DNA of 64,000 nt, taken from NCBI RefSeq assembly GCF_006345805.1, contig NC_043008.1, positions 71,362,001 through 71,426,000 on the forward strand, given 5' to 3'. Positions within the stretch are counted from its first letter, which is position 1. The number at the start of each line of letters is the position of its first letter. The stretch is from Octopus sinensis (Eukaryota). The translations under genes were made by a program, and so were the position numbers. The notes under the pieces were generated by a model. It did not search any database. It saw only the letters and a list, made by a program, of their open reading frames with translations, and had not been told where the DNA came from. Shown one piece after another: positions 11,505 through 25,152 of the stretch.

Positions 11505-13878
11505 CCTTACACCTCAATATCGTAGTACGTTTGATATTGTCGGCAATAGATAAAGAATACACATGTGTTAGAACAATCAATATTTCGAACACGCTACCAC
11601 GAACTGTAAACTCTCCCAGACTTCAAAAACAAACTACGAACTCCGACTACGTCAGGACGATACTATTTATATGTAGTGTCCTCGTCTGTTCTCGTTAGAG
11701 AGTGTCATACTCTCACCGCAGCATCTCCCCTATTAAGATTTCGATCAGCTTCAGATCATGCTGACGGAGCTCGACATCAAAAGTTCTGCAGTAGGTTTCA
11801 AGATGAACCGCATGAAAACAAATTTCATGCGGTCAGACAATGTACCAACAGGTCGAATGGTGATCGGCAGTGATGAAATAGAGGAGGTGAGAGGATATGT
11901 CTACCTGGGACAGGAAGTAAATATGTGCCGGGATATCAAAAAGGAGATCTCACGGAGAGTAAGGGCCGGATTGAAGGCGTTCAATGGCATAAGGGATGTG
12001 CTCAAGAGAAGGTTGGACAGGACCACCCGTGCCAACCTCATTAACAGTGCAGTTCTGCCTGCAATGTTATATGGTAGTGAAACATGGGCTACCACAAAGA
12101 GAGAAGAGCAAGGGCTGATAACGGCTCAAAGAGCCATGGAAAGGTCAATGCTTGATATCTCGTTGAGAGAGCACATAAATAGCAACATCATCTGAAAGAA
12201 GTCCGGCGTGAGAGATGTCATCGCAGAGTATACACGCAGCAAGTATAGATGGGCTGGACACGTCGCCCGGCTCACCGATAATCGGTGGACGCACGCAGTT
12301 GTCGAGTGGTACCCGCGTGAGCGGAAAAGACCACCCGGAAGACCTCCACGACGGTGGAATTACGATTTCAGGAGGACGATTGGGATCACGTGGATGAGAA
12401 AGGCGCGATCCAGAGAGGAGTGGACAGCGTGCTGTGACCAGCGGTGTCAAATGGACGCCTGACGGACTGGTCGGTCAAAGTGATCAAGTGATTATCATTT
12501 TTACTATCATTTTCAGTTGGACCTTATCTCAAAGTGTTCAGTCTGCTTCCGTTTTCTCATGCTGGTACCACAGGACTTTCAGGTTGGGACATCGAATACT
12601 TAAAAAAAGTACATTCATACAAATTTCTCTCAGTTCTTCGATGCGTCTTTTCTTTAGCTGATTTATGTGTCTTTTATGTTCCTTGCGTGGTCCTTTAATT
12701 TGATATATCATACTTCCTACTTTTTTGATTACAAGGCCATCCTCCCAGGCTTCTTTACCATTTTTGTAGGTTTTAAAATGCACTTTATCTCCTACTTCGA
12801 AATATTTCGTTGCATGTTTCGTATTTTCTTTACATCTTTTTTTTTCTGGCAATAACTTATTGGAGCCTGCCACTCTTTTTTGGTTTTACTTTCCTGGTCA
12901 ACGAATCTCTATTTTTGCGGAATCTTTCCCTTGAAAGTTTTTACATCGTGAAAACCCTTCTTCTGCAATGGTCTCTATGGTTAAGTCTTGGTTCGCTTTC
13001 TCCATTTTTGTGAGAATTCTTTCTTAAATTTTCTAAAATGTTCGGTTGCTATAAGGCCTTGTACGAAGATAAAGGATTTAAGTATATCCTGAATGAATTC
13101 TTGAAGTTTAAAGTTTTCACACATATGCTTAACTACGCCGGCGTATGTAATAAAGTCATTTTTTTTGTTAGGTTCCAGCATTCCATTCGGATATTAAATA
13201 ACAAGCTTTTGTCACAGAAGAACTTTGATAGTAAATGCATTAGTTTCCTGGAAACAAATCTCACTCGACTTTGGGGCAATATAAAGTTACAGTAACGCTC
13301 ATGCTCGGCCGGAGCAACCTTGCGTAATAATAGCCTCACTTTTTCCTCATCGGAATATGACTTGCAATCTTGTTAAAAATTTCCCTTTACATTCTATCGT
13401 ACGCTGGAAAGGTAATACCCTCCTCCGGATTTTAAGTGAATTCAGAAATCGAGTTCGCCACGCCGTCTGGCACACACGAACTTACCGAATTGACTGTAAC
13501 TCAATTAACTGTTGTTCTTTTTGTAATATTTGCTTCTGCATCACCTGTAGTTGTTCCTGTTGCTTCTCTTGAAGCAGTAATACCACAGCTATTAACAATT
13601 TATATAGCGCACAAATTGCCAGATAACTTACGTAGCATGCTTGATATTGTTGATGATAGATAACGAAAGCTCTGTCACAGTGTTATAACAATAAAAAAAT
13701 AGAAACAGCGGCAGCAACAAACACACAACGAATCAACAATCTTTTACGAACCAGCACACAAACTAGAAGAGTATCTGAACTTCGAAGACCAAACCACGAA
13801 CTGCCGACTACGTCAAACTGCTACTATTTATATGTCCCGTATATTCTCGTCTGAAGGTCTTGTACTCTCACCACAAGA
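11505..13878 (-). mobile_element. Internally deleted Ty3/Gypsy (K02A2.6-like) LTR retrotransposon: LTRs about 13620-13878 and 11505-11723, gag remnant fused to integrase C-terminus
   Basis: Diverged direct repeats (acgaact.ccgactacgtca..tactatttatatgt..tactctcacc; cgtag..ttgatattgt..atagataa). Polypurine tract ggggaga directly before the TG start at 11723 on the - strand. gag-like LLLRKVAPAEHERYCNFILP and DFITYAGVVKHMCENFKL..FIFVQGL; integrase tail FEVGDKVHFKTYKNGKEAWEDG..KRHINQLKKR. Confidence 0.8.
11745..12492 (+). mobile_element. 5'-truncated RTE-clade LINE nested in the Gypsy element
   Basis: LQIMLTEL..VGFKMNRMKT, YVYLGQ, EISRRVRAG, VLPAMLYGSETW, KYRWAGHVARLTDNRWT..EWYPRERKRPPGRPPRRW, with one in-frame stop; short (caagtgat)-type tail near 12478-12492. 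Confidence 0.92.
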
Positions 13879-14914
13879 ATACATACATACATACATACAT
13901 ACATACATACATACATACATACATACATACATACACACACATATACACACACATAAACACACACATATACATGCACACAAACACAGGCATACACAGAGTT
14001 TCGGTTTTCCTTGCTCCTTCCTCCATGTCTCAATCTTTCTGGTGTCTGTCATTTTTTCTCTGTAGATATTCGTACACCTGTCTTATCAATGTGGAATTTT
14101 TCCGACGCTCGAATAATTCTGCCAACTCTAAGTATACTATAAAGGCACGACTGATCTCGACGCTCCTATCGTAGCGGCACTAAGGATTTTATTGAAAGGA
14201 TATAGTAATATTACTTTTTGCAGTCGTATTGGCAACGTATATCCTCATTTCTTTGGCTTGTTTGCCAGAAGATTATTTACTTTAGAATATGAAGGCTCCA
14301 TTGCAAATGACAGTTGTCAATCCTGTCATTTGTAGAAGCACGTATAAATGGAACTGAAAATATCGAGTTATTTGCAGTAACAGTTTCTCTCGTGTAAACT
14401 ATTTATTTGCAAACGAATATATCATCGCCAAAAACAAGAGCTGTACAGAATAGCAAATCATATTTCTTACGAAAATGTTTTAATTTATAGTGACTGAAAT
14501 GTCACAGATATATTTCTTGCTGTCCAATAATTTCCACATATTTTTGACACGCTGAACAATCTGTTTAGGCTCATTCGTATTCAACAGACACAAATACAGC
14601 AAACCACCTTAATGAAGTTTCGCTGTTACAAGGCTACGTGGGAATTATGACATCCAGTTCAAGGCAAACCATTACATTACATTACAAACTGATGGTGATT
14701 TCCACATTCTGTGAGTATGCCAAATATTTGAAAAGTACTGTCATCGTATACAATGATCAAGTGTTGTGTTCGAGCAATTAATATTCGAAAGTTTATTTGT
14801 CTATTGACAATAGCTACAATAATAGAATTATATTGTGGCTGAACATTGTACAGATGTCAGTAGCCCTTCCTAGTTATCTCTCCCTTCAATCTCTTGTTGT
14901 CTGTTACTCACTTC

Positions 14915-14919
14915 TATAT

Positions 14920-14988
<69 letters not shown>

Positions 14989-15085
14989 GACCAATCAATC
15001 TATCTATTTATCTATCTATCTATATATCTATCGATATCTATCTAGCTATCTACTTAGCAAACAATATGTCTATTTATCTATCTAT
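14915..15085. repeat. (TCTA)n microsatellite
   Basis: Direct reading. Confidence 0.95.
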
Positions 15086-15569
15086 TAGACAGTTGTTTCG
15101 AAGACTGGGTGAAAATGCCAATCACCTCGTTGGCCTCAAATTCAGATTTCAGGCACTGTTTCTAATCAACTGTTCTAGAGCTATCAAATAAATGCAGAAC
15201 TAGACACACTTTTAGACAGATTATAGGCTGCAGATAAATGAGAGTTTCGAACAATAAGAAATGAAGATATGGCCTCAGAGAACATCTGCCAAAGAAATGC
15301 TAATGTATTCTGTATGGCAGCAGAATTAGAAATTAAATTACTTCTATTCTGAATACTATTGTTAATATTGATATTTTAGATCATAATCCTGTATGGTAGA
15401 AGAATTAATTGGCAAGAGTTATTAGGAACGTTTCACCTATGCAGCGGAAATATATCAAAGAGAAAACAAAGCAAAGATATATTTGTCGTATAAATATATT
15501 TATAAAATTTCTGCTTAAAATTTTCACACCTGATACTATCAAATAAACACAAAAGAGTATATATCACGG

Positions 15570-16990
15570 TGGTCATGTTGTAATAACACAAAACAAACTG
15601 TCTTTTCATCGACAAGATAAACTTTCTTTACATCTGAGATTAAATTACTTTCTTCTAAATACTTTTTCTACTCTGATTCTAAATACCTCTCCAGTCTACA
15701 TTTTCTCGAGCACATCTGGATTTTCACATATTATACTTATTATTTTCTCAATATTTTCAATACTTAACGTGCTTTAAAAACGAAACAATTTTTTAAAAAT
15801 TCGTGAATAAAAGGGATTAATTCATATAGAATTAGTTTTCTATATCTTAGATTCGATATGATATACATGCATGTGAATAATGTGCATTATACACGTTAAA
15901 GTCACCGTGAATATGATTCTGTCTTATAAATCTAAACGCAATCTGGGCCGTTGCGATATAGTTTTCCTTGATACTGGGATCTACGAATCTATCTTGAGTT
16001 GCTTGATTCAATAGTATAAACATCTTGATAGTATTGTTCACCGTGCTCATAGCATACTGAACCAAGTGTTTCTAGTATAAGATCTAGATCAGAAGATAGG
16101 AAATGCACTTGTGATGACACCTACTATCGAACAATCTATTTCTTTAAAATCATATAAGAGATCTTTCCTTATATGATTTTATATATAGGGGAATTTTTAT
16201 TCAACAAAACCATTTATAAAGCCGCCAAGCTTCTAATTTCTTTCTATTAGAGATACTTAAGTTGTTTTTTTTTTATTTTTGAAATTGAAATATCTTTTGA
16301 AATCTCTCTTGTTTTAAACCGTACAATGCTTCCTCTTTTAACTTTATTTCATTTACAATTTCTGCATTCTCGTGGCAGAAATGTACTGTGTATCCTTGAA
16401 TTGTTAACTATTATTCTTACAAACTGTTTCACGATATCAAGCCTGACATAAATACTTTTTTAAAAGAGATATTCTTGGGAACATCTAAACAAGGAAACTA
16501 GAACAATAGTGATATTTGCTATATAGTTGATCTTAGTGGCCAGTCACGTATTAATACAGAGGTCCATTGTAGTATGGTTGTCCTATAACAATAACAAACA
16601 TCCTTTCTTATGTGCTCCATAGCACGCCAGCAACTTTGAAGCTTCTGTAGAAATTCTATTAGTGATCAGGGTATTCAACAGTATCTAGTCATATATCCTT
16701 GGTTTAGTACCTCTGTTTTAAATTGAAATCTAAGGAAATAAGATGTACGATTTTACATATCTGATATCACATAGCGCTCTGGTATTTTCCTAGTATATGG
16801 ATGATTCTGAGACGTATCATACAAATTGATCAAATGTAGGTGTTGCGATAAAGGTCTTAAATTATGAAAGGAAGCAATAATTATATTCCTTCCTATTTGA
16901 ATATATAGACCAAAGAATATTGTATAAGCAAAGGGCACATATGTAATGCATGTAATTAGAATAAAATATTATTTGATTGTAGATCTAAGC
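15570..16990 (-). mobile_element. Highly degraded DNA transposon, Chapaev3/CMC-like transposase relic
   Basis: Manual minus-strand translation gives, in the expected order, RDWPLRS, YVRLDIVKQFVR (cf. HIKLGLMKQFVKA), EIKLKEEALYG, ELEAWRL, DLILETLGSVCYEHGEQYYQDV (cf. DFFPENLGAVSDEHGERFHQDI) and DPSIKENY. Family name from recalled consensus. Confidence 0.7.
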
Positions 16991-17057
16991 TTAACCCCAT
17001 ATATTAAGCACAAACAGTAATATTCAGTTTCTATATGACCAAGGATATGTCTATTAC

Positions 17058-17624
17058 ATCTATAAAAGGATTTTCTCCGAGCGAAAATTGCAGGAACTGG
17101 CATTTCAACTACACTCATACATTAAGTAAATCATATTGATAAAAAATTTACTATAGAGCAGCTTCTATTGAATAATTTGAATTTTATTCTGCTTATATAG
17201 CGCCTTTGCGAACCAGTTTGGACATTACACACTGGCTCAGTATGCTTCATATTGGTCGATACGTGACATTTAAGCCGCAACGACGGTGAAATATATAACT
17301 GTCAATCATGCGCTCATTTCAAATGTGATTTCGTTTCGCCAATCTATAAAGGATTTTCTCCGAGCGAAAATTGCAGGAACTGGCATTTCAACTACACTCA
17401 ACATTAAGTAAATCATATTGATAAAAAATTTACTATAGAGCAGCTTCTATTGAATAATTTGAATTTTAATTCTGCTTATATAGCGCCTTTGCGAACCAGT
17501 TTGGACATTACACACTGGCTCAGTATGCTTCATATTGGTCGATACGTGACATTTAAGCCGCAACGACGGTGAAATATATAACTGTCAATCATGCGCTCAT
17601 TTCAAATGTGATTTCGTTTCGCCA
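17058..17624. repeat. Near-identical tandem duplication of about 284 bp (17058-17341, 17342-17624)
   Basis: atctataaa(a)ggattttctccgagc...tttcgtttcgcca occurs twice head-to-tail with only a few small indels. Confidence 0.97.
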
Positions 17625-18344
17625 ATCTCTGAAATCTATCGTGATTTCAATAAGTCTATCACGCGTTTTCTCCTGAATGAAAATTACAATTGTTCTCTGT
17701 ATATCATGTATGGAATTGTGAATTGAATGTTGTATCGTGCGACAGATAACAGACATTCTCAAACACTAAGCCAGTACGAAAATATAGAAAATGTGATCCA
17801 CGATATTCAATCTGTATTTTCTGATGAGATATTCACAAAAGGATGTAAATAATAGGATAACCAACAGCATTGTGGTTATCACATTTCATACATTTACACA
17901 TTTAATCAGTGGACTATTTCTGGCAAACATACAATTTGAAGGAAAGCGAGTGAGAAATAAGAATGCATAGATATTGTTAAATTGGCTATGTATTATACTA
18001 ATATCTTTTACTGTCATGTTAACTATAAAGCCAATTAATGAGATATAAAACACAATAAGATATAAATGAAGTAACTAACAAGAAACTAAGAAAACCGTGT
18101 CAGCTAACAAAATATATTTAACTAAGAGGAGAAAAAGGAGATGAGAGATGACTGGTGAAAAGAATGTCGTTTTCGATTTGCGGCGTCAAAAAACAGGATG
18201 TAGAAAGACACAGAATCAATGATACAGACCTTAACACGGGGGCACGCGTGCGCACGCACACATACGCACACATGTATGCATATATATATATATATATATA
18301 TACTTTATATAGATATATACGAACCCACACATGACATATACATA

Positions 18345-18649
18345 TGTTGCTGTTCCTTCTCGAGCCATACCTGGCTCATAAGGGCCGGTTTCCCGGTTTC
18401 TTGGCGTATAGGTTCCCCACCTGGACGGGACGCCGGTCCGTCGCAGGTGAGCTGCAAGATGCAAGAGGCAAGACTGAGAGAAAGTTGTGGCGAAAGAGTC
18501 AGCAGAAGTTCGCCATTACCTTCTGCCGGAGCCGCATGGAGATTTGGTATTTTCGCTCATAAACACACACATCACCCGGTCTGAGATTCGAACCCGCGAT
18601 CCCTCGACCGCGAGTCCGCTGCTCTAACCACTAGGCCATGTGCCTCTAC
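18345..18649 (-). mobile_element. Well-preserved tRNA-derived SINE
   Basis: Minus strand begins gtagaggcacaTGGCCTAGTGGttagagcagcggactcgcggtcgagggatcgcgGGTTCGAATC (Pol III A and B boxes); body includes ctgcgacggaccggcgtcccgtccagg; short aaca-type tail. Confidence 0.9.
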
Positions 18650-19519
18650 CGTATACATATATATCTCTATATAAAAATTAGGCAATCGAATTATACGAAG
18701 ATCAGGATTTCTACTTGAATTAGTTACCAGAACAACTATCAATGAGGTGTAGGTTCGTTTCCAGTTGTTACTTGAAACTGTATCAAAATCGAAGCGAGAA
18801 CGTATTTGACTACAGCATCCAAGTTCATATCGTTTTAAATAGATATCAAATGATAGTATGATGCACAGCTGCAAACAGCAGCTGCATCAACAGCTGCACA
18901 TTTAGCATCACTAGCAGAATATATGATTGGAATATTTATATTATCCAGCTGCTGGATTTGTCAGAAGCAGGAAATAATCGATGGATTACATGTTGTCTAA
19001 AGAGAGTTAGCTAGCTTTAAGTTGTGATAGTGATTATCTTGCAAAGTGTAACATAGAAAATATGTACGACGATTATCTGAACGTAGCTGAATCAAATAAT
19101 TCAGCGATAATTCTGTCATTGATCTGTATATGTGCAATTAATTCTTTCTAAGCCTAACTTTATTTGAATACTTTTATCGTAAGTGGAAGATTACCACCAA
19201 TGACAAATTCCAGTGCCTCCAAAAACATTGACTTTTAAACAGATTTGTCTATTAAAGGACTGATATTGCTAGAGATAATACGTGTAGTATGCGTGTAAAG
19301 ATGTACTATATATGGTATTTGACGATTTATATGGGTCTTCTGATCTGGGAGAGGTATATCCAAAATCGCGACAGGAATCTCATAAACAAGAAGTTCAGCT
19401 ATCATAAACAAATCGCTTGTATGAAGCTAGTCATAAATACATACATACTTAAATACACAAATATATATATGTGTGTGTGTGTGTATCTGTGTGTGTTTGT
19501 TTACTCTTTTAAATTGTCT

Positions 19520-19680
19520 CAGACTGTGGCCATGCTGGAGCACCGCCTTTTTAGTCAAAGAAATCGACCTCTGGATTTATTCTTTGTAAGCCTAGTGCAT
19601 ATTCTATCATTAAGTTACAGGAACGTAAACACACCAACATCGGTTGTCAAGCGCTTGTGGGGGGTGACATACACACATAA
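19520..19680 (-). mobile_element. Partial copy of an abundant SINE family with internal microsatellite
   Basis: agactgtggccatgctggagcaccgcc...gtaaacacaccaacatcggttgtcaagcg matches 40505-40900 and 52130-52410. Confidence 0.75.
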
Positions 19681-19720
19681 ATGTATAATATATATATATA
19701 TGTATATATGTATATATGTA

Positions 19721-19823
<103 letters not shown>

Positions 19824-21201
19824 TACGATCTTTCAGTTACTGTCTACCAGATCCATTCGTGTGTTACCATGCAACTTTACTTTGTAAATTTGTAAAGTAC
19901 CGCATGAGTGGAAATATATATGAGAAAAGGCTTGAAAATGCAATTTTAAAGATATTTATTCACTTGACTGGTTTCACTTATTTAGAAAAAGATTGTCCAA
20001 AGTAAAATGTAAACCTTTGTATGAGCCTTGTTGTGTTTATCACAAAACTATTAAAACGCGTATATACAGTCTTCGATAATAATAAGAAAATGTTAAAAAC
20101 AGTTTACAAGTAATTATTTAAGAAAGTAATCAGAACGGGACTCCAGAACGTATTATTAGTTCAATAAAAATCATGTTTGTTTCGTAGTATATATATATAT
20201 ATTCAGAAGGATATATATTTAAGAATTTACAAAAAATTGTAAAGGAATAACTCACCTGTCTTTCTGGCATTTTGTTTTGTGTGTAGCTAAGGAATGTTTG
20301 CTATATTAAGGGGCAGTGCCGTACATCTTCAGCGCGTCTTACTGACACCAGGTTCAGTAAGACTTTACCATGCTGGTGCCACTTGTCAGTACCCTTAATT
20401 ATTAATTACAGATTTTTTACAGTTATGAATTCTTTTACACATGCTAAGCCACTGATATTATAAACAATATTATCCTCATATATATATATTCATTGTTATA
20501 CTACTCTGGTTTAGCACGTTGCTTGAAGACATTCGATTTGAATTCTTAATGTATAAACATGGAACTGAATGCCCACGTGTTTACTTTGTCTTTTTGGCAC
20601 TTATTGTAGACTCATATATATACAGCTTACCGTGACCATACTGACCAGCTACGGATGATTAATTAATCAATTAATTATCTTATTACTTGATTTATTTCAT
20701 CATTAATATATATATATATATATATATATAACTTTATAAATACAAGGGTAAAAGTTATTAAATAATTTTAGTATGTAAGAAATCCACGTTGTGGTTTTCT
20801 CTCCGTGTATGTTTCACATACTATTATATTTTCTCCTTTTGTCTCTCGTTGCTCACACGTTCATGTTTGTTTTCGCTAGGTTTCCTTGCATATCTCCACT
20901 GTCATGTTTTTGTTCCCAACTTTGACATTCCATAAGTCTTATATTAGAATTTATGGGACCAACTCTCTTTGGAGAATCATATTGAGTTAAATGCACAAAA
21001 TAAGGAGTAGAGAGGCAGCCGACAACTGTTGAAGGGGCCTTTCTTTGTGTTTTTCTCGTTACCTACGTATTTAACTCGTTTGTTTACGTACTTCATGTTA
21101 CTTGCACCATTGGTGACGTCCTGTAACCATATATGCATATATATATACATGTATTTATTATATCTTGTTTATTATATATACATACATACACACGCACATA
21201 T

Positions 21202-21590
21202 GTAGGCGTAGGAGTGTCTGTGCGCTAAGTAGCTTGCTTACCATCCACATGGTTCTACGTTCAGTGGCACCTTGAGTGAGAGTCTTCAACTATGGCCTTG
21301 GGCAGACCAAAGCCTTGTAAGTAGATCTGATTGACGGAAATTGAAAGATGCCCGTCGTATATACATGTATATATGGATATATATATATATATATGAATGT
21401 ATATATATATGTATCTATCAATATATATGTATATATGTATGCATATGTATATGTTTGTGTGTCTGTGTTTGTCCCCACCACATCCCTTGACAACCAAACT
21501 GATATGTTCAGGTCCCCATAACCTAGAGATTCAGTCAATTTGCTCGAGTAAAGGCCGCAGTCAAATGATTGAAAAAGTAAAAAGAATAAA
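21202..21590 (+). mobile_element. SINE of the same family, + orientation
   Basis: Head gtaggcgtaggagtg..taagtagcttgcttacc..catggttc, then aaagccttgtaagtagat..gacggaaattgaaagatgcccgtcgtata, internal TA/TG run and gtcccc..cttgacaacc. Confidence 0.8.
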
Positions 21591-21601
21591 CGAATAAAAA
21601 A

Positions 21602-21691
<90 letters not shown>

Positions 21692-22110
21692 GTATATATA
21701 TGTAAAATCAAATACAAAATGGGACAAGAACTCAAAACATTCGGACAACTGTGTGATACAAAAGGAGGCAACAAAGCATCCAGATAGACGATATGAAAAA
21801 AACAAAATACACCCGCAACCATCATAACAGAATGTCTCAGGTGACGCGAGTTTAGAGCGTTGGCATCTATTGAACTAGTTACTGAAATTATATACCGTTT
21901 ATGATATTTGCGAGGGTAATTTTGGCACATACAAAAACAAGTAGAATGTCACGCGTATAACTCATATTTTTCAAATTATTCACGCTGTTTGCTGTTCAGT
22001 AAGTAAATACTAAGTTAATACATAAACAATTAACTAAGAATAAGTCAACTTCATTCTGGCACACACATAAAAGCGAGTGCTGCTGAATATAAATATATAA
22101 CTACAGTATC

Positions 22111-22153
<43 letters not shown>

Positions 22154-22158
<5 letters not shown>

Positions 22159-23322
22159 TAAATAAAATAAAACATATGCATATATATAAACATATATGTA
22201 CGTACCTACCTCTACATGTACATATACACGCATATATGAGTACAGGACACCAAAAGGACGTCGAACACAATGAGAAACGAAAACATAGACACAAACCAAA
22301 GGAACTGGACATTTTTTTTAAAACAGCAAAAAAATAGAGTACCGGACAATTAACACAAGAAAAAACCCCTTCTTCAGTCGCTATGGTTTCATCTACTGTA
22401 CGTTTCGAAGGATAAAAGCGAGACGTATCTTCAACAAGAAACTTTCCTTCCTGCGAAAAGAAAATCAATTAAAATTCTGAGATCCTTTTGCAGAGGGGTA
22501 AAAAATGGTAAAAAAAAAACAGGACAGTAACGACAGAACAAATTATAAACAGTAAAAGACAGGACAATGAAAAACAAGAGAAGAAGGGCTGTTAACGCCG
22601 AACGAAAAAAAGTATTGCGAACGCGGAATTTTTCATGAACGGCGAGCAGAGCAAAAAGAATGTCGTCCATTACCTTGAGAGGGCCAGGCCAGAGAGACAG
22701 CAGCGGAAGTCACGTCGCGGGTGAACGACGAGAAGGGGGGAGGAGGAGCGAGAGAAAGGGAGAGAAGAAGGGGAATGGCTGCGAGGAAACCATGAAGAAT
22801 GGAGAGGGAGAGAGAGAGAGTGAAGAATGAGAGAGAGGAAGAGACAAGTTAAGTAGAAGAAAAAGAAAATCAAAGAATGAAGGCTGAGAAAGGGATGGGA
22901 CAGAAATGTTAAGAGTGCGCGTCAAAGTTAAAATCAAGAACAAAACTTGATATAAAGAACAATCTTACTTAAGAGGATGCGTGCGTTTCGTCATATAATA
23001 TATTGATAAATAAAATAAAACATATGCATATATATAAACATATATGCACGTACCAACCTCTACATGTACATATACACGCATATATGAGTACAGGACACCA
23101 AAAGGACGTCGAACACAATGAGAAACGAAAACATAGACACAAACCAAAGGAACTGGACATTTATTAAAAACAGCAAAAAAATAGAGTACGGGACAATCAA
23201 CACAAGGAAAAACCCCTTCTTCAGTCGCTATGGTTTCATCTACTGTACGTTTCGAAGGATAAAAGCGAGACGTATCTTCGACAAGAAACGTTCCTTCCTG
23301 CGAAAAGAAAATCAATTAAAAT
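22154..23322 (-). mobile_element. Non-coding unit bounded by about 320-bp near-identical direct repeats (22154-22475, 23001-23322); probably a non-autonomous Penelope-type derivative
   Basis: The two repeats differ by scattered substitutions and contain ttcttcagtcg and acgtttcga motifs like PLE terminal repeats; the centre is purine-rich on + with a CpG-rich patch. Class assignment is inference. Confidence 0.6.
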
Positions 23323-23744
23323 GTGTGTGTGTGTGTATGTGTGTATATATTTAACAAAGGAGGAGATGCATTTCCACGCAGGAAAAGATAGGAAAAGTCC
23401 GTACACACGACAGAAAAAGAATCACAGAAACTATAAACAAAGCCCTATTTAAAATATCTTCATTTCTCCCTCTTAACTCAGTATGACCAAACATTTGGCG
23501 CTCCACATTTCTTATCGATCACCTCTAAGACTATGAAATTTTGCATTTAAACAAGATGATCCACATTTCTTTATATTATTGAATGATATGAACATTTAAA
23601 TCATGTTTTCTATTACAGAGCCTTGTTTATAACTTTATAACAAAAAATACTGTTGAAGCTAATTTTGTATGTAAATAAATTTATTTCCGAAAAATTACAA
23701 GCTTCTCAAATTTAAGTGCATTTCCAACAACAAATTTTCCATAG

Positions 23745-23778
<34 letters not shown>

Positions 23779-25019
23779 AGAGAGAGAGAGAGAGAGTGAG
23801 AGATGCACACACACATATATATATATGAAGGTACATATGGGTGATGTGTGCACATTCGTATGTGTATATGTAAGATATACCATCATCAGTATATAGACTT
23901 TTAGTATTTGTGTATACATATATATTCCTATTTATGTGTATTCCCTCGTATACCTATGTCTATTTACTCTCATTTTTATCTTGCAATCCTCCTAGCAAAT
24001 CTCTATCACCAAATACTTATATATGTTATTAGTTATTCCGTATTACAATTGAGTATATTTTAATACCTGTATATATGCACATGTATGTTCTAGAGCGGTT
24101 TTGCATCTGTGCGCTTCAATGTATGTTTTTTATATGTATATGCTTGTATGTGTAATTGTGTATGTATATATTTGTTTGTATAAGTGTGTGTATGTAAGTA
24201 GATTTATTTACATGTGTATATGTACGTGTATATATATATATGTGTGTGTATGTAGTATGTATTTATATGTACATATATTTGTGTATCTATATGCTTATAT
24301 GTGTATGTGTATGTGTGCCTATATATGCGTATATGATTGTATATACATATACTCTACTGTGTATATATGATATTCACTTATTCTATAATATTGTAACTTA
24401 TATATGTAGCCTTACATATATCTATTTACCCAAGAATTTTAATAATTATAATATATGCATGCACTAAACCTATATAACGTGTATTATTATTCATTACGAT
24501 CATATTCTTCTTATATAGCCAAATATTTCTCACATATGTACATGAATAGTCCAAACTATAATCATTACACAGAATTAATCTTATATAATATTCCTACTTA
24601 TCATTCACATAATATAAATTGTTATCTTTATATATTTTTAAAACTATGTACTTTTTTGGGTTTTTAACATAATAACTTACATTTATATCAAAAACACCAA
24701 TACAATTTCCATGAATATCTTTTAAAACTATTATGGAAGTGTGTGTACAACAATATAGGTTCTCTGTATATAATAGTACTTCATTAGTACTTTCATATTT
24801 GAGGTACACATTTGTATTATCGTATTTTCGCTGTATGATAAAATATATGTCCATTATTGTCTATATATTCTCTCTATATTTATATATACACAAATAGTTA
24901 CTGTAAATTATTACTGTATGGTTTTCATGTGCAAGATCATAAATTTTATATCTATATGTAGTCACACCCTCTCTTACTCGTAAAATACCGAGCAAGGAAA
25001 AATACATATGACATAACTT

Positions 25020-25152
<133 letters not shown>

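Noticed and set aside
15847-16065. HGDFN motif suggesting a RIO/APH-type kinase
   Set aside because: The upstream part is the decayed end of the Chapaev-like transposase; no DFG or other kinase motifs follow, so this looks like a chance match.
18570-18649. Functional tRNA gene
   Set aside because: It continues into a SINE body and lacks a proper acceptor stem or terminator; treated as a SINE head.
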